Under the pieces are notes generated by a model. It did no database searches. It was not told where the DNA came from and was given only the letters and a program-made list of their open reading frames with translations. Source: a virus. Taken from it: DNA of 64,000 bases. Shown here piece after piece: positions 48,216 to 56,640 of this stretch. The translations under genes and the position numbers were made by a program. Location of the stretch: IMG/VR virus record IMGVR_UViG_3300020048_000055, positions 32,001 through 96,000 of that record; one strand, 5' to 3'. The first letter of the stretch is position 1. Each line of letters starts with the position of its first letter.

Positions 48216-50922
48216 TGATACTTTCCTCTAAAGATGAAATAAGTTTTTTAACATTTAGTGATTGACCTTTTACCAAGCCAACTCTTACAGCTAATGAATT
48301 GTAATTCAGATTCAAAGGAGACCTTCCAAAAGTAAACCATCTTCTAATTTTTCCAGATCTTGATAAATCTAATCCCGCATAATTTTTGTCTTGATTTGTA
48401 AAAGAAGACTTTCCTGTGAATGGAGTGTTTAAGTTTATCCACTTATTTGAAATCATAGTATCTAAGTTTACGGGACTAATCCACATAAAAATATCTTTCA
48501 AGGTTCCATTTAAGTTTTTGTCAAAACCTTTCTCATCAATTCTTGAGATATCTATATACCCATTAAATATCTTGTTACAAGGAATTAGTAACGTAATCCA
48601 TCTTACAAGTGAGCCTTCACAAGAGGTAGTCTCAAAGATAGAGTAATCAGGACTCTCAAAAGGTGTATAATCATAAGGAGTAAATACCGCTATGTCATTA
48701 ATAATCTGTAATTCCTTTCTATATCTAGGGTCTGTTCCAGTTAAAGAAATCGTAGAATCAAATTTTTCTAACACAGGTGATTCAGTATCATTAGGGGGAT
48801 AATTGTCTGCATCATCTTCGATATAAATATATCTGTATGCCTCCACTGTAGACATATCAAATCTTATTTGATTTGATGTAGTGGTTCTAGAATTTATAAC
48901 TGTTCCAAATAAGTTTTTTGCAAAAGTATCTATTGAAAATACCCCTAAGAAATCTAATGGCAACTGTATTGATTTAGATTTTATTGAAAGTGTACCATCA
49001 GTCTCTACAAAATCAAGTACTAGTTTAGAAATTACAGTTAGTTTTGTAATTGGGTCAACATAAGAATAGTGTCCTAAATCAATCGGAATATATCTATTGG
49101 TTCTTACGTTAGTAATTTTTGTTTGAAGAATTATTCCAGTATTATTATTTGATGCTTTGACACCTGAAACTGTAGTATCTAAGAGTGGAGCAAAAATATC
49201 ACTCAAACTTATCACAGGAGAAGCAGGTACTGCATAGTTAAAGGTTACACCCTTTGTAGTATATACATCGGTACCAATTGTGTGTCTGTATTTAATAGAA
49301 TGAACACCTTCTTCAATTGTGCTTGAAGAAAATGATATTGCAATACCATTATAGGAGCCGGTAAAACCGGGTGTTTCTTTGTAATAATCCTCAAATTTTT
49401 CTACAACTATTCCTTCATATCCTGAACCAATATGAATAGATTCATCTAATTCCAAAGTTGCAACTACTACATCATCAATTAGGACTTGAACAGTACCAGT
49501 ATTTGTAGGGTAAAACTTATTAGAGATAGAGGTTGTTAAACTTCCAAAATAAGCAGAAATTTCTTTGTTTGTGAAAGTATCAAAAACATTTACAACCTCT
49601 GAGTTTAATTTTATCTCAACAACATTAATATTTGGAGGAAGTCCCGGCTCCACCTTACCCGCAAGATTGGCTACAGCAGTTACACTAGCTTCAAGGGTTT
49701 GAAAGGCTTTATTGTAAACTTCTAAAGTCTGTCCAATAGTGTATCCAGTTATATTAAACTTTCCATCAGAGAAATCTATAAGATTATCTACGTCCTGATG
49801 AAGTATCTGTAATGATGCCCATTCTAATGATTCTAAAGGGAAATCCGTAATATCTTTTAATAGGTGGGTATGAGGTTGTGTCTTTGAATATACGGAAGAA
49901 AGTTTTCCATCTGCATTTACAATTATTGTATCTTCGTCTATTGGAAGATCACGAACATTTACTTGAAAAACCTTAGAGAACTCTACAACTTTATCTTCAA
50001 TGTAATCGTCAATTCCCTCAATTCTATCGGGAGTAATAGTATAATTTCCACAAGGACCACCATCAGTTCCTGTGCCTGTTCCGGTAGAAGATAATCCTTC
50101 AATAGTATATACAGAAAGTAACGAAGGGTTTATGCTTAATTCACCTTCATCATTTTTTATAATTGAAAGAGCATCAAACTTAACATCAGCATACGTTCCA
50201 CCAGAATCTTGGGTAAGTTTTATTGCAGAGCTACTTGATGCTAAAAGTTTATTTAGCTTTATTGAGGATTCAATCGAAGCAAGCCTTGCTGAAAGGGAGG
50301 TGACATTTTCAATGCTTACAGTTACTGTTCCTGTTCCTGTTCCTGTTCCTGTTCCTGTTCCCTCAATAGGGTCTCCATTGACATCAGAAAAGGAACCATC
50401 CGAATACAGTTGTCCCTCAGCATTTTTCTTTACTGAGTATTCGTCAATCTTAATATCAGCAGAGATAGTTTTTAACTTATCATCAAACTTAAATTGAACA
50501 CCATTACCGGTTGAATTAGAGAATATTTTTGTTTTAAGTAAAGAATAAATAACGGGTTCTAATGATGCAGAGTTTATATCTTCAAGCTTATGGCTATGCT
50601 CAGGTATGTCCTCAGCTAAAAGTGTTGATGCTTCTACAATGTTTCCATTTTGTCCGAGGATGAATTTTGTATAAGTACCCGGTACAGGACTGGAAGAGCT
50701 ATTGGAAATATTAAACGAGACAATACCACCAGTAGACTTAAACCATTTGTCATCAGAATTATTATCATCTATGTATATAAGCCAATCCCCGAGGGCATAA
50801 TGAATACTATTAAAAACACCGGCTTCGGTAATATAAAACGAGGCAAACTGTACCTCAGGGTCTGTTATTATTGGAAGCATTCCATTGGAGGGAGACCACG
50901 TTCCTGTATATTGAGTTGCCAT
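48202..50922 (-). CDS. Modular virion protein with fibre H-x-H motifs and the shared C-domain
   Basis: YTGTW/GDWLIY N-terminus; HSH and HTH motifs; RWIT...WINLN.PF.G...TFG...VRVG. Confidence 0.6.
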   Translation of the reverse strand: MATQYTGTWSPSNGMLPIITDPEVQFASFYITEAGVFNSIHYALGDWLIYIDDNNSDDKWFKSTGGIVSFNISNSSSSPVPGTYTKFILGQNGNIVEASTLLAEDIPEHSHKLEDINSASLEPVIYSLLKTKIFSNSTGNGVQFKFDDKLKTISADIKIDEYSVKKNAEGQLYSDGSFSDVNGDPIEGTGTGTGTGTGTVTVSIENVTSLSARLASIESSIKLNKLLASSSSAIKLTQDSGGTYADVKFDALSIIKNDEGELSINPSLLSVYTIEGLSSTGTGTGTDGGPCGNYTITPDRIEGIDDYIEDKVVEFSKVFQVNVRDLPIDEDTIIVNADGKLSSVYSKTQPHTHLLKDITDFPLESLEWASLQILHQDVDNLIDFSDGKFNITGYTIGQTLEVYNKAFQTLEASVTAVANLAGKVEPGLPPNINVVEIKLNSEVVNVFDTFTNKEISAYFGSLTTSISNKFYPTNTGTVQVLIDDVVVATLELDESIHIGSGYEGIVVEKFEDYYKETPGFTGSYNGIAISFSSSTIEEGVHSIKYRHTIGTDVYTTKGVTFNYAVPASPVISLSDIFAPLLDTTVSGVKASNNNTGIILQTKITNVRTNRYIPIDLGHYSYVDPITKLTVISKLVLDFVETDGTLSIKSKSIQLPLDFLGVFSIDTFAKNLFGTVINSRTTTSNQIRFDMSTVEAYRYIYIEDDADNYPPNDTESPVLEKFDSTISLTGTDPRYRKELQIINDIAVFTPYDYTPFESPDYSIFETTSCEGSLVRWITLLIPCNKIFNGYIDISRIDEKGFDKNLNGTLKDIFMWISPVNLDTMISNKWINLNTPFTGKSSFTNQDKNYAGLDLSRSGKIRRWFTFGRSPLNLNYNSLAVRVGLVKGQSLNVKKLISSLEESINGQL
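50326..50361. repeat. (TGTTCC)6 microsatellite encoding a Gly-Thr linker
   Basis: Six perfect hexamers. Confidence 0.85.
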
Positions 50923-50986
50923 TATTTCTCCTACATTCTATTAGTATTTAGTCGTGCAACTAAATAAATATGAAAAAGGATGTTTT

Positions 50987-51169
50987 ATGAAATACTTGAA
51001 GAAGATTATTGAACTTTCTCTGAAATCTGTGTGTTGGGTTTTTGTTATTATAGGTCTATTTTTCAAATCAATTGGTACTTTGTTCACAGGTTTTGGTAAT
51101 TATCTATTTGTAGGAGTTGATTGCATAATTAATTTTGATTGCGACCAAAAATATTTCGACAAGTTTTAA
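50987..51169 (+). CDS. Small membrane protein
   Basis: AAGGA RBS before ATG 50987; hydrophobic stretch; CAACTAAATA at 50957. Confidence 0.55.
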   Translation: MKYLKKIIELSLKSVCWVFVIIGLFFKSIGTLFTGFGNYLFVGVDCIINFDCDQKYFDKF

Positions 51170-51176
51170 AATAAGA

Positions 51177-51198
51177 AAGCTCCAATTTCTTGGAGCTT
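51177..51198. terminator. Bidirectional intrinsic terminator
   Basis: AAGCTCCAA-TTTC-TTGGAGCTT between convergent genes. Confidence 0.8.
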
Positions 51199-51216
51199 AT
51201 TTATTTTATTCAGAAA

Positions 51217-51417
51217 TTAAAAATGCATAAGGTTTCTGTAGGTCTTACCATGTGGGTATTTATCAGAAACATTAGAAAGAGCAGCGGCAATAAGCTCACT
51301 TACATTATCCTGTTCAGGGTCAAATCCACCAGAAGCTAATAGATGACTAATTTCATCAAGTACAACCTCTTTAATGTTGGATAGAGTTTCGGAAGCTTTT
51401 GCTAAAACATCTTTTTT
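51217..51417 (-). CDS. -1 frame extension of the 51402-52250 gene (programmed frameshift or single-base indel)
   Basis: Open -1 frame KKDVLAKASETLSNIKEVVLDEISHLLASGGFDPEQ...LMHF* without its own start; entered at in-phase A_AAA_AAG (51411-51417). Confidence 0.6.
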   Translation of the reverse strand, partial: KKDVLAKASETLSNIKEVVLDEISHLLASGGFDPEQDNVSELIAAALSNVSDKYPHGKTYRNLMHF

Positions 51418-52250
51418 AGTATCCCTGTAGATTCATCAATTTTAACTTTAATTTTTCTTACTCTATGAGAAACACCTCGTTCATTTTCATCGTAGCATTT
51501 TCTTTGAGCAATTGCATCTAATCGATTTTCTTCTGAAGTAAGTTCTTCCCATCTCCCTTCGTAAAAACCCTCGACAATCCATTCATCCTGTGTCTTTCGT
51601 ACATAAGCCTCATGTAGGTTCATTTCATCTTTTGATACTTTATTACCATAAGAAGTAAGTTCTTCAACTACATTATCTACCCAATCAGAAACCTCATAGG
51701 AAACTTCATCAAAGCTTTTATCAAAAGGGTATGTAGAAGTCATTAAGTAATTTATAACATCAAGATTTTCATCGACTACTAGATTATAAAATGAATTCTT
51801 AAGGGATATAAGACCCCTTACAAAACTCGACGTATCCTTAAACTCTACGTTTTCAAGGGGCTGTCCAAAAATCTTAGTTTCTTTAACTTTCTTCTTCTTT
51901 TCGTCTTTCTTTTCTACTTTCTTTTCTACTTTCTTTTCTACTTTCTTTTCCTTAGATGCTTTAACTCCCGCAGTCCAATCGGCTTTTTCTTGTGCATTTT
52001 TAAAATCTGGAATGTAGTCAGAGGATGCATCATAGTCAAAGCCTTTATCATACATTTTTGAGCCTTTTTTAGCTTCGGCTTCTTGTAGTCGTTTAGCACC
52101 GGCACCCCTTGCAATTGATTCAAAACATTGTGAATATCTTGAAGCATTTACTTCATCATCAGCAGTTGTTTCCATACCATTTCCATAAATTTCTTCAAAC
52201 GTTTTATCGCCATTTTTAGTAGAAATTATTCCCTCTTGTACTCGTCTCAT
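51402..52250 (-). CDS. Putative head internal protein (multi-module, LxE sites)
   Basis: RRVQE|G, KRLQE|A, KVKE|T, NLHE|A, IDE|S separate distinct segments; (KKVE)n 12-bp repeat near 51910-51950. Confidence 0.65.
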   Translation of the reverse strand: MRRVQEGIISTKNGDKTFEEIYGNGMETTADDEVNASRYSQCFESIARGAGAKRLQEAEAKKGSKMYDKGFDYDASSDYIPDFKNAQEKADWTAGVKASKEKKVEKKVEKKVEKKDEKKKKVKETKIFGQPLENVEFKDTSSFVRGLISLKNSFYNLVVDENLDVINYLMTSTYPFDKSFDEVSYEVSDWVDNVVEELTSYGNKVSKDEMNLHEAYVRKTQDEWIVEGFYEGRWEELTSEENRLDAIAQRKCYDENERGVSHRVRKIKVKIDESTGILKKMF

Positions 52251-52251
52251 T

Positions 52252-53415
52252 TTATTCCCCTTTTCCTTTATTGTTCATTCGTTCTCTGCCAGTATTAAAA
52301 CCTTCTTGAGAATCCAAGTAGTCCCCATCATTGAATGAAAGTGTAGTTCCTTTTCTATCTGAAAGTTCATAGAACTCAATAAGATCAGAAACAAGTAATC
52401 TCTCTCTTTCACCAATATAATCCCCGTTATTATCAATAGGACGTAAGGTAGCAAGTGAATCAGATTTATTTATTGGTAATACTGCATAGCGGTTTGAACC
52501 ATCAGTAGCAAACGCAATATCATAAACATTCAGAGTAGATTCAGATAATTTTTCATCCCCCTCTTCAGAACTAGATTCATAATCTTCGTCTTCATAGTCA
52601 TGGGCATCAAGGATTATTTCTGAAAGCTCAGGTGATCTAAAATAAAGTACAAAGTCTTCCATGGAGAAATTAAACCCATCATTAGGATAGGTTCCTCCAA
52701 TTTGGGTATAGTCACTAAAAGAGATGTCTTTGTATTCAACTTGAACTAAGGTTACAGGATGAAAACTATATCCACCGCTACAAACAGTATCAATATCTAC
52801 CGAGTTCTGTAAGTCCTTTACCTGTTCCATAAACTCAGGATTAATAAACTCAAGGAAACCTTTAATATCAAATGATTCTTTTTGTGCTTCTGTTGCAGAC
52901 ATTTCCATAAATGATTCTTCACCATTTTCATCTTTTATCAAACAGAACTGGCAAAGAAGGTCTTCGAGATAAGCTAATTCCTGAACCGCAAAATGATTTT
53001 TTACAAAATCAAAAGATTCTTGACCAACAGGCTTTACACCAGTCATCTCAAAGAAATCAATTAGCGTAGTAGCATTTTCAATTATTTCATCCTCTGACAT
53101 TCCAGAGTCTTCATCATTATTAGGAACAATGGCATCAAAATATTCTGAAAGGTCAATAACTATACTTCCAAACTCAATATCAAACTCATGCATTGGTACG
53201 TCTTCTAAAGCTTCCGTTCCCCAATCATACCCATGAACTTCTACCGAAAAAGTTCCATCCCCATAGTTGAAGCAAACATTATCTAACTGAAGTTTCTTTG
53301 TCTCTTTTCTATAGGTTCCTATCTTTCCTGTAACAAACTTTATTCCGTTACCTCTAAAATCTTTTGCCTTTACGGTATATCCAGCGCCCGGTCCTTCTTG
53401 TAATCGTTTAATCAT
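52252..53415 (-). CDS. Acidic putative head internal protein
   Basis: MIKRLQE|G leader; KLSE|S before a C-terminal module. Confidence 0.6.
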   Translation of the reverse strand: MIKRLQEGPGAGYTVKAKDFRGNGIKFVTGKIGTYRKETKKLQLDNVCFNYGDGTFSVEVHGYDWGTEALEDVPMHEFDIEFGSIVIDLSEYFDAIVPNNDEDSGMSEDEIIENATTLIDFFEMTGVKPVGQESFDFVKNHFAVQELAYLEDLLCQFCLIKDENGEESFMEMSATEAQKESFDIKGFLEFINPEFMEQVKDLQNSVDIDTVCSGGYSFHPVTLVQVEYKDISFSDYTQIGGTYPNDGFNFSMEDFVLYFRSPELSEIILDAHDYEDEDYESSSEEGDEKLSESTLNVYDIAFATDGSNRYAVLPINKSDSLATLRPIDNNGDYIGERERLLVSDLIEFYELSDRKGTTLSFNDGDYLDSQEGFNTGRERMNNKGKGE

Positions 53416-53432
53416 AATAATATTCCTTTATA

Positions 53433-54491
53433 TTAGAACGGGGATTTATTTCCTGAAACCAAGTCAAAATCTAAACCATCTGAACTATCAATCAGAGATT
53501 TCCAATCAGAAGTACCTACGGATTCTTCAGTTCCTTCATCTTCAAAAGACTGACCATTATCATATCCTTCTCCATCATCATCATCATCAAAATCAGGCTG
53601 TGGGTCTGGACCAAAATCATCGCCTACTCCATAAGTATCGTCACCTTCAAAGCTTTCAATTGTAGTATTGTCGATAGGTGCAGAAGAAGGTCTCTTTACC
53701 ATTCTCTTCATTGGGTCAACTGGTGGCAAGTTCTGTTTATTTAAAGCACCAATAAGATCCGTATCATCATCGTCTTCACTGATAAGGTCGTCATTTTCAA
53801 GAATATCATTGAAGTCTAATGTTTTTGGTTCTGAGGGATTATTAGCCTTAGAAACTGATTTCCAATCTTCTACAGAATCCTCACCATAGAATTCATCACT
53901 GTATTCATCATCATCAGAAACCTCATCGAATGAATACTCACCTGCATTATTATCCATAGAATACTCAGCATCCATATCCTGACCAATTGCATCATCATCA
54001 AAGGTAAGTTCAAGGCTAAGTTTGTGTTGTTTTTCTTTTAGGGAGTTTGATTCACTAATTCGTTTTGACCTTGAATCTTGTTTAAGATATTTATCAAGAA
54101 TAGAATCTGCAAGAACTGCTGATTTTGGCCCAGTTGAAAGGTCTGGTGTAGTATTAATACCTGCATCAGAGGTCATAACATCCCCAGAATCGCCACCTTG
54201 GTCGGTATTAATTGTGGGCTTTCCTCTTGAAACAATACTCTGAGAGCGAGTATCCTTGAGAGGTACAGAGTTTAGATATTCCATAAGCTGATTAAGTGAG
54301 CTTTGGTCACTTCCATTTACAAGAGCATCTAAAATTTCAATGTCTTTTTTAATATTTAGTGGAATAACTCTTGCAAGCTCTCCATTAAATTGTAAGGCGT
54401 CTTTCGATAGAGCATCAAGAATGTCTATAGTTTTAAAAATAAAATCCTGCGCCTTTTCGAGAGAGTTAAATAATGAGTCTGTGTTTGCCAT
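53433..54491 (-). CDS. Highly acidic putative prohead core protein
   Basis: AAGGA RBS before ATG 54491; helical N-half, D/E-rich C-half; RISE|S and SLKE|K. Confidence 0.6.
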   Translation of the reverse strand: MANTDSLFNSLEKAQDFIFKTIDILDALSKDALQFNGELARVIPLNIKKDIEILDALVNGSDQSSLNQLMEYLNSVPLKDTRSQSIVSRGKPTINTDQGGDSGDVMTSDAGINTTPDLSTGPKSAVLADSILDKYLKQDSRSKRISESNSLKEKQHKLSLELTFDDDAIGQDMDAEYSMDNNAGEYSFDEVSDDDEYSDEFYGEDSVEDWKSVSKANNPSEPKTLDFNDILENDDLISEDDDDTDLIGALNKQNLPPVDPMKRMVKRPSSAPIDNTTIESFEGDDTYGVGDDFGPDPQPDFDDDDDGEGYDNGQSFEDEGTEESVGTSDWKSLIDSSDGLDFDLVSGNKSPF

Positions 54492-54581
54492 ATTCTTTGT
54501 ATTCCTTTTTTCAAAGACCATACCCTAAAGTGAATATAGTCATAGCGTTTATTCTATTATTTATACCAAGTATAAATCAAC

Positions 54582-55004
54582 TTAATTAGTTTCATTCTTT
54601 TCAAAACATTCAATTAGATTTAATTCTTCCTTGAGAACCCCAGTTCTTTTTAATATAAACTCTTTATTATTTAGTTGTATTAGTTTTTTAGAAGAAATTA
54701 TCGCAATTTCAGATAAATCTTTAAGTTCTAATTCAAGCCTTTCCACCATAGAACTATACTTCTTCCGTATTTTCAATTCTGTCTTATACATATCACACGT
54801 ACAATCTTGATTAAACTCACCCTTCTCTCCAAAAGAACCCTCTAAAGGTTTACCACAATATACACATACAATCGTATCGGGAAAAACTTCATCATCAAAT
54901 CCATTCAAAAACAACGAAGAACTCGATGTAAGTGTCCCAACCTTTAAGTCAGATTCTAAAAAAGTTTCTATAGAATTATTTAATACGTTTTCGGTTAATA
55001 TCAT
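54582..55004 (-). CDS. Zinc-binding coiled-coil hypothetical protein
   Basis: CVYC...CTC; AAGGAG RBS. Confidence 0.6.
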   Translation of the reverse strand: MILTENVLNNSIETFLESDLKVGTLTSSSSLFLNGFDDEVFPDTIVCVYCGKPLEGSFGEKGEFNQDCTCDMYKTELKIRKKYSSMVERLELELKDLSEIAIISSKKLIQLNNKEFILKRTGVLKEELNLIECFEKNETN

Positions 55005-55509
55005 ATTTACTCCTTAAATCATTAGCTACAGACTGTTCACAGGGAGAACCCTTTTCTAAGTTTGTTAAAACACTAGGTTTATACTTTAACTTCAACATGG
55101 CTTCTATTCTCTTATAATCCTTTTTCATTCTAGGATACGTTAAAAAATTATCTAAGGCAAAATGTAAACCATAAAGACTTGCTATACTTACACAGACTGA
55201 ATTGATAGTTATAAACTCAACTGAATCTGGAGATATGTAAATAATCTTTAAGATGCTCAAAAATAAAATATATATTAGTGGAGGAATGATTAAAAAATCA
55301 AAACCCGAGTTATATTTTATATAGGGGCTTTTATAGATAAAAAAGAAATAGAGGTTTAACAGGAGAAAACTTATAAAAAAATAACAAAAAAGAATGTCAA
55401 GATTGTTTGTTTTTTGCAGGTTTACCGAGATAAATAATGACAGTATTGGAGCATAAAAAAGGTTAATCCAACCAAACTTAGTCAACTTGAAAAATAATTT
55501 TAGGTTCAT
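54976..55509 (-). CDS. Membrane protein (about 4 TM segments)
   Basis: Four hydrophobic stretches. Confidence 0.65.
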   Translation of the reverse strand: MNLKLFFKLTKFGWINLFYAPILSLFISVNLQKTNNLDILFCYFFISFLLLNLYFFFIYKSPYIKYNSGFDFLIIPPLIYILFLSILKIIYISPDSVEFITINSVCVSIASLYGLHFALDNFLTYPRMKKDYKRIEAMLKLKYKPSVLTNLEKGSPCEQSVANDLRSKYDINRKRIK

Positions 55510-55529
55510 AATATATTAGTTTTAAAATG

Positions 55530-55557
55530 AAAAAAGGAACAGATTTCTCTGTTCCTT
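55530..55557 (-). terminator. Intrinsic terminator after gam
   Basis: AAGGAACAGA-TTTC-TCTGTTCCTT with U tract on the - strand. Confidence 0.85.
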
Positions 55558-55569
55558 GTAGGTTTAGTC

Positions 55570-56058
55570 TTAGTACTTTATGTAGAAAACATCAACCCCT
55601 TCTACGATTTCGGCTTTCACCAGTTTCAAGGTGGCAGGAGGAAGATTCTTCACCACATCTTTGACGATTTCCTTCTTGATACGGACAGCACTGGTAAACC
55701 CATGTTTTTCCAGAAGAGCAATGGTCTTTTCCATATCCACTACCTTGAGCATATCAGGGTTTTTTCTGAATCCAAGCATGTATTTACCATATTCGATAAA
55801 CCTTGCCTTTTTCGTGAAAAGGGTTTCCCGATTCTCAGTAACATAGGTTTCAACAGCATTCTGACGTGCCACGATACTGGCTGTAAGGTCTTCAATTTGC
55901 TGTGCATACTGAGCACTGATTTCGTTCATCTTGAGAGCCATCTCAGAACGAATCTTGGTAAGCTCATCATTGGCTACTTCCGCTTCCAGAAGAACATTCT
56001 CTATCGTTTTTTCAGTTACTTTGATCGCTTTTACTGCTTTTACTGCTTTGGTTCCCAT
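55570..56058 (-). CDS. gam: Mu Gam-like host-nuclease inhibitor (DNA end-binding)
   Basis: Coiled N-half, Y...NRE.LF.K, LGFRKNP, VRIKKEI.K..V, C-terminal G...FYI. Confidence 0.85.
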   Translation of the reverse strand: MGTKAVKAVKAIKVTEKTIENVLLEAEVANDELTKIRSEMALKMNEISAQYAQQIEDLTASIVARQNAVETYVTENRETLFTKKARFIEYGKYMLGFRKNPDMLKVVDMEKTIALLEKHGFTSAVRIKKEIVKDVVKNLPPATLKLVKAEIVEGVDVFYIKY

Positions 56059-56076
56059 GTTTATCCCCTTTTTTAG

Positions 56077-56127
56077 TACCTTACATATATAATATATAGG
56101 ATATTTTCAAAAAGTTCAAAACTTTTT
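56077..56127 (-). promoter_or_regulatory. Conserved early promoter element, copy 3
   Basis: Same identical blocks as copies 1 and 2. Confidence 0.85.
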
Positions 56128-56133
56128 AACGAA

Positions 56134-56586
56134 TTAATAATCTTTTTTTTGCTGTAGTAAAATAAGGAATTCCGAGATATTTCCCTCATATTTCTTTACT
56201 TTTTGTAAAGAATTTACAATATCGTTGAAAGAACTTACTAAGGCATCATAATAGTAGTTTTTTTGCTGTTCAGTCTCTTCTATTAATTGAGCCAATTCAA
56301 TAACCCTCTGATTATCCGCTTTTGCAGAGTTTACATCATACGAAGCCATAGAATTTGAAAATACACCCGGTAAATTATACGCATTTCCATATCCCGATTG
56401 TCCCGCCGAAACATACTTATCAAGTATAGCCTGATGCTCCAACTTCATATCAAGATGGTCATTAAGCGCATCATTGAATTGTTTCAAGTCTTGCTGTAAT
56501 GCCTGTGTATTTAGGGATGCATTTTGTATACTATTTGTCAAAGCATTTTTTAATGCTTCTAAGGTCATCTTCTTTTTCTCTTCCAT
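56134..56586 (-). CDS. Coiled-coil hypothetical protein
   Basis: GAAGGA RBS; late-type motif at 56607. Confidence 0.65.
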   Translation of the reverse strand: MEEKKKMTLEALKNALTNSIQNASLNTQALQQDLKQFNDALNDHLDMKLEHQAILDKYVSAGQSGYGNAYNLPGVFSNSMASYDVNSAKADNQRVIELAQLIEETEQQKNYYYDALVSSFNDIVNSLQKVKKYEGNISEFLILLQQKKDY

Positions 56587-56640
56587 TTGGTATATTCCTT
56601 CTTATGAATTAGTTGTGTTTGATTGTATGGATGAAAAGCT

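Noticed and set aside
51330-51404. TAG stop-codon reassignment or readthrough
   Set aside because: The same frame hits another TAG within about 22 codons, and long genes are intact under the standard code; the coding-like continuation is in the -1 frame.
51217-52250. Tail assembly chaperone (lambda G/GT-type) frameshift pair
   Set aside because: No tape measure or tube gene is adjacent, and the protein carries head-type LxE sites.
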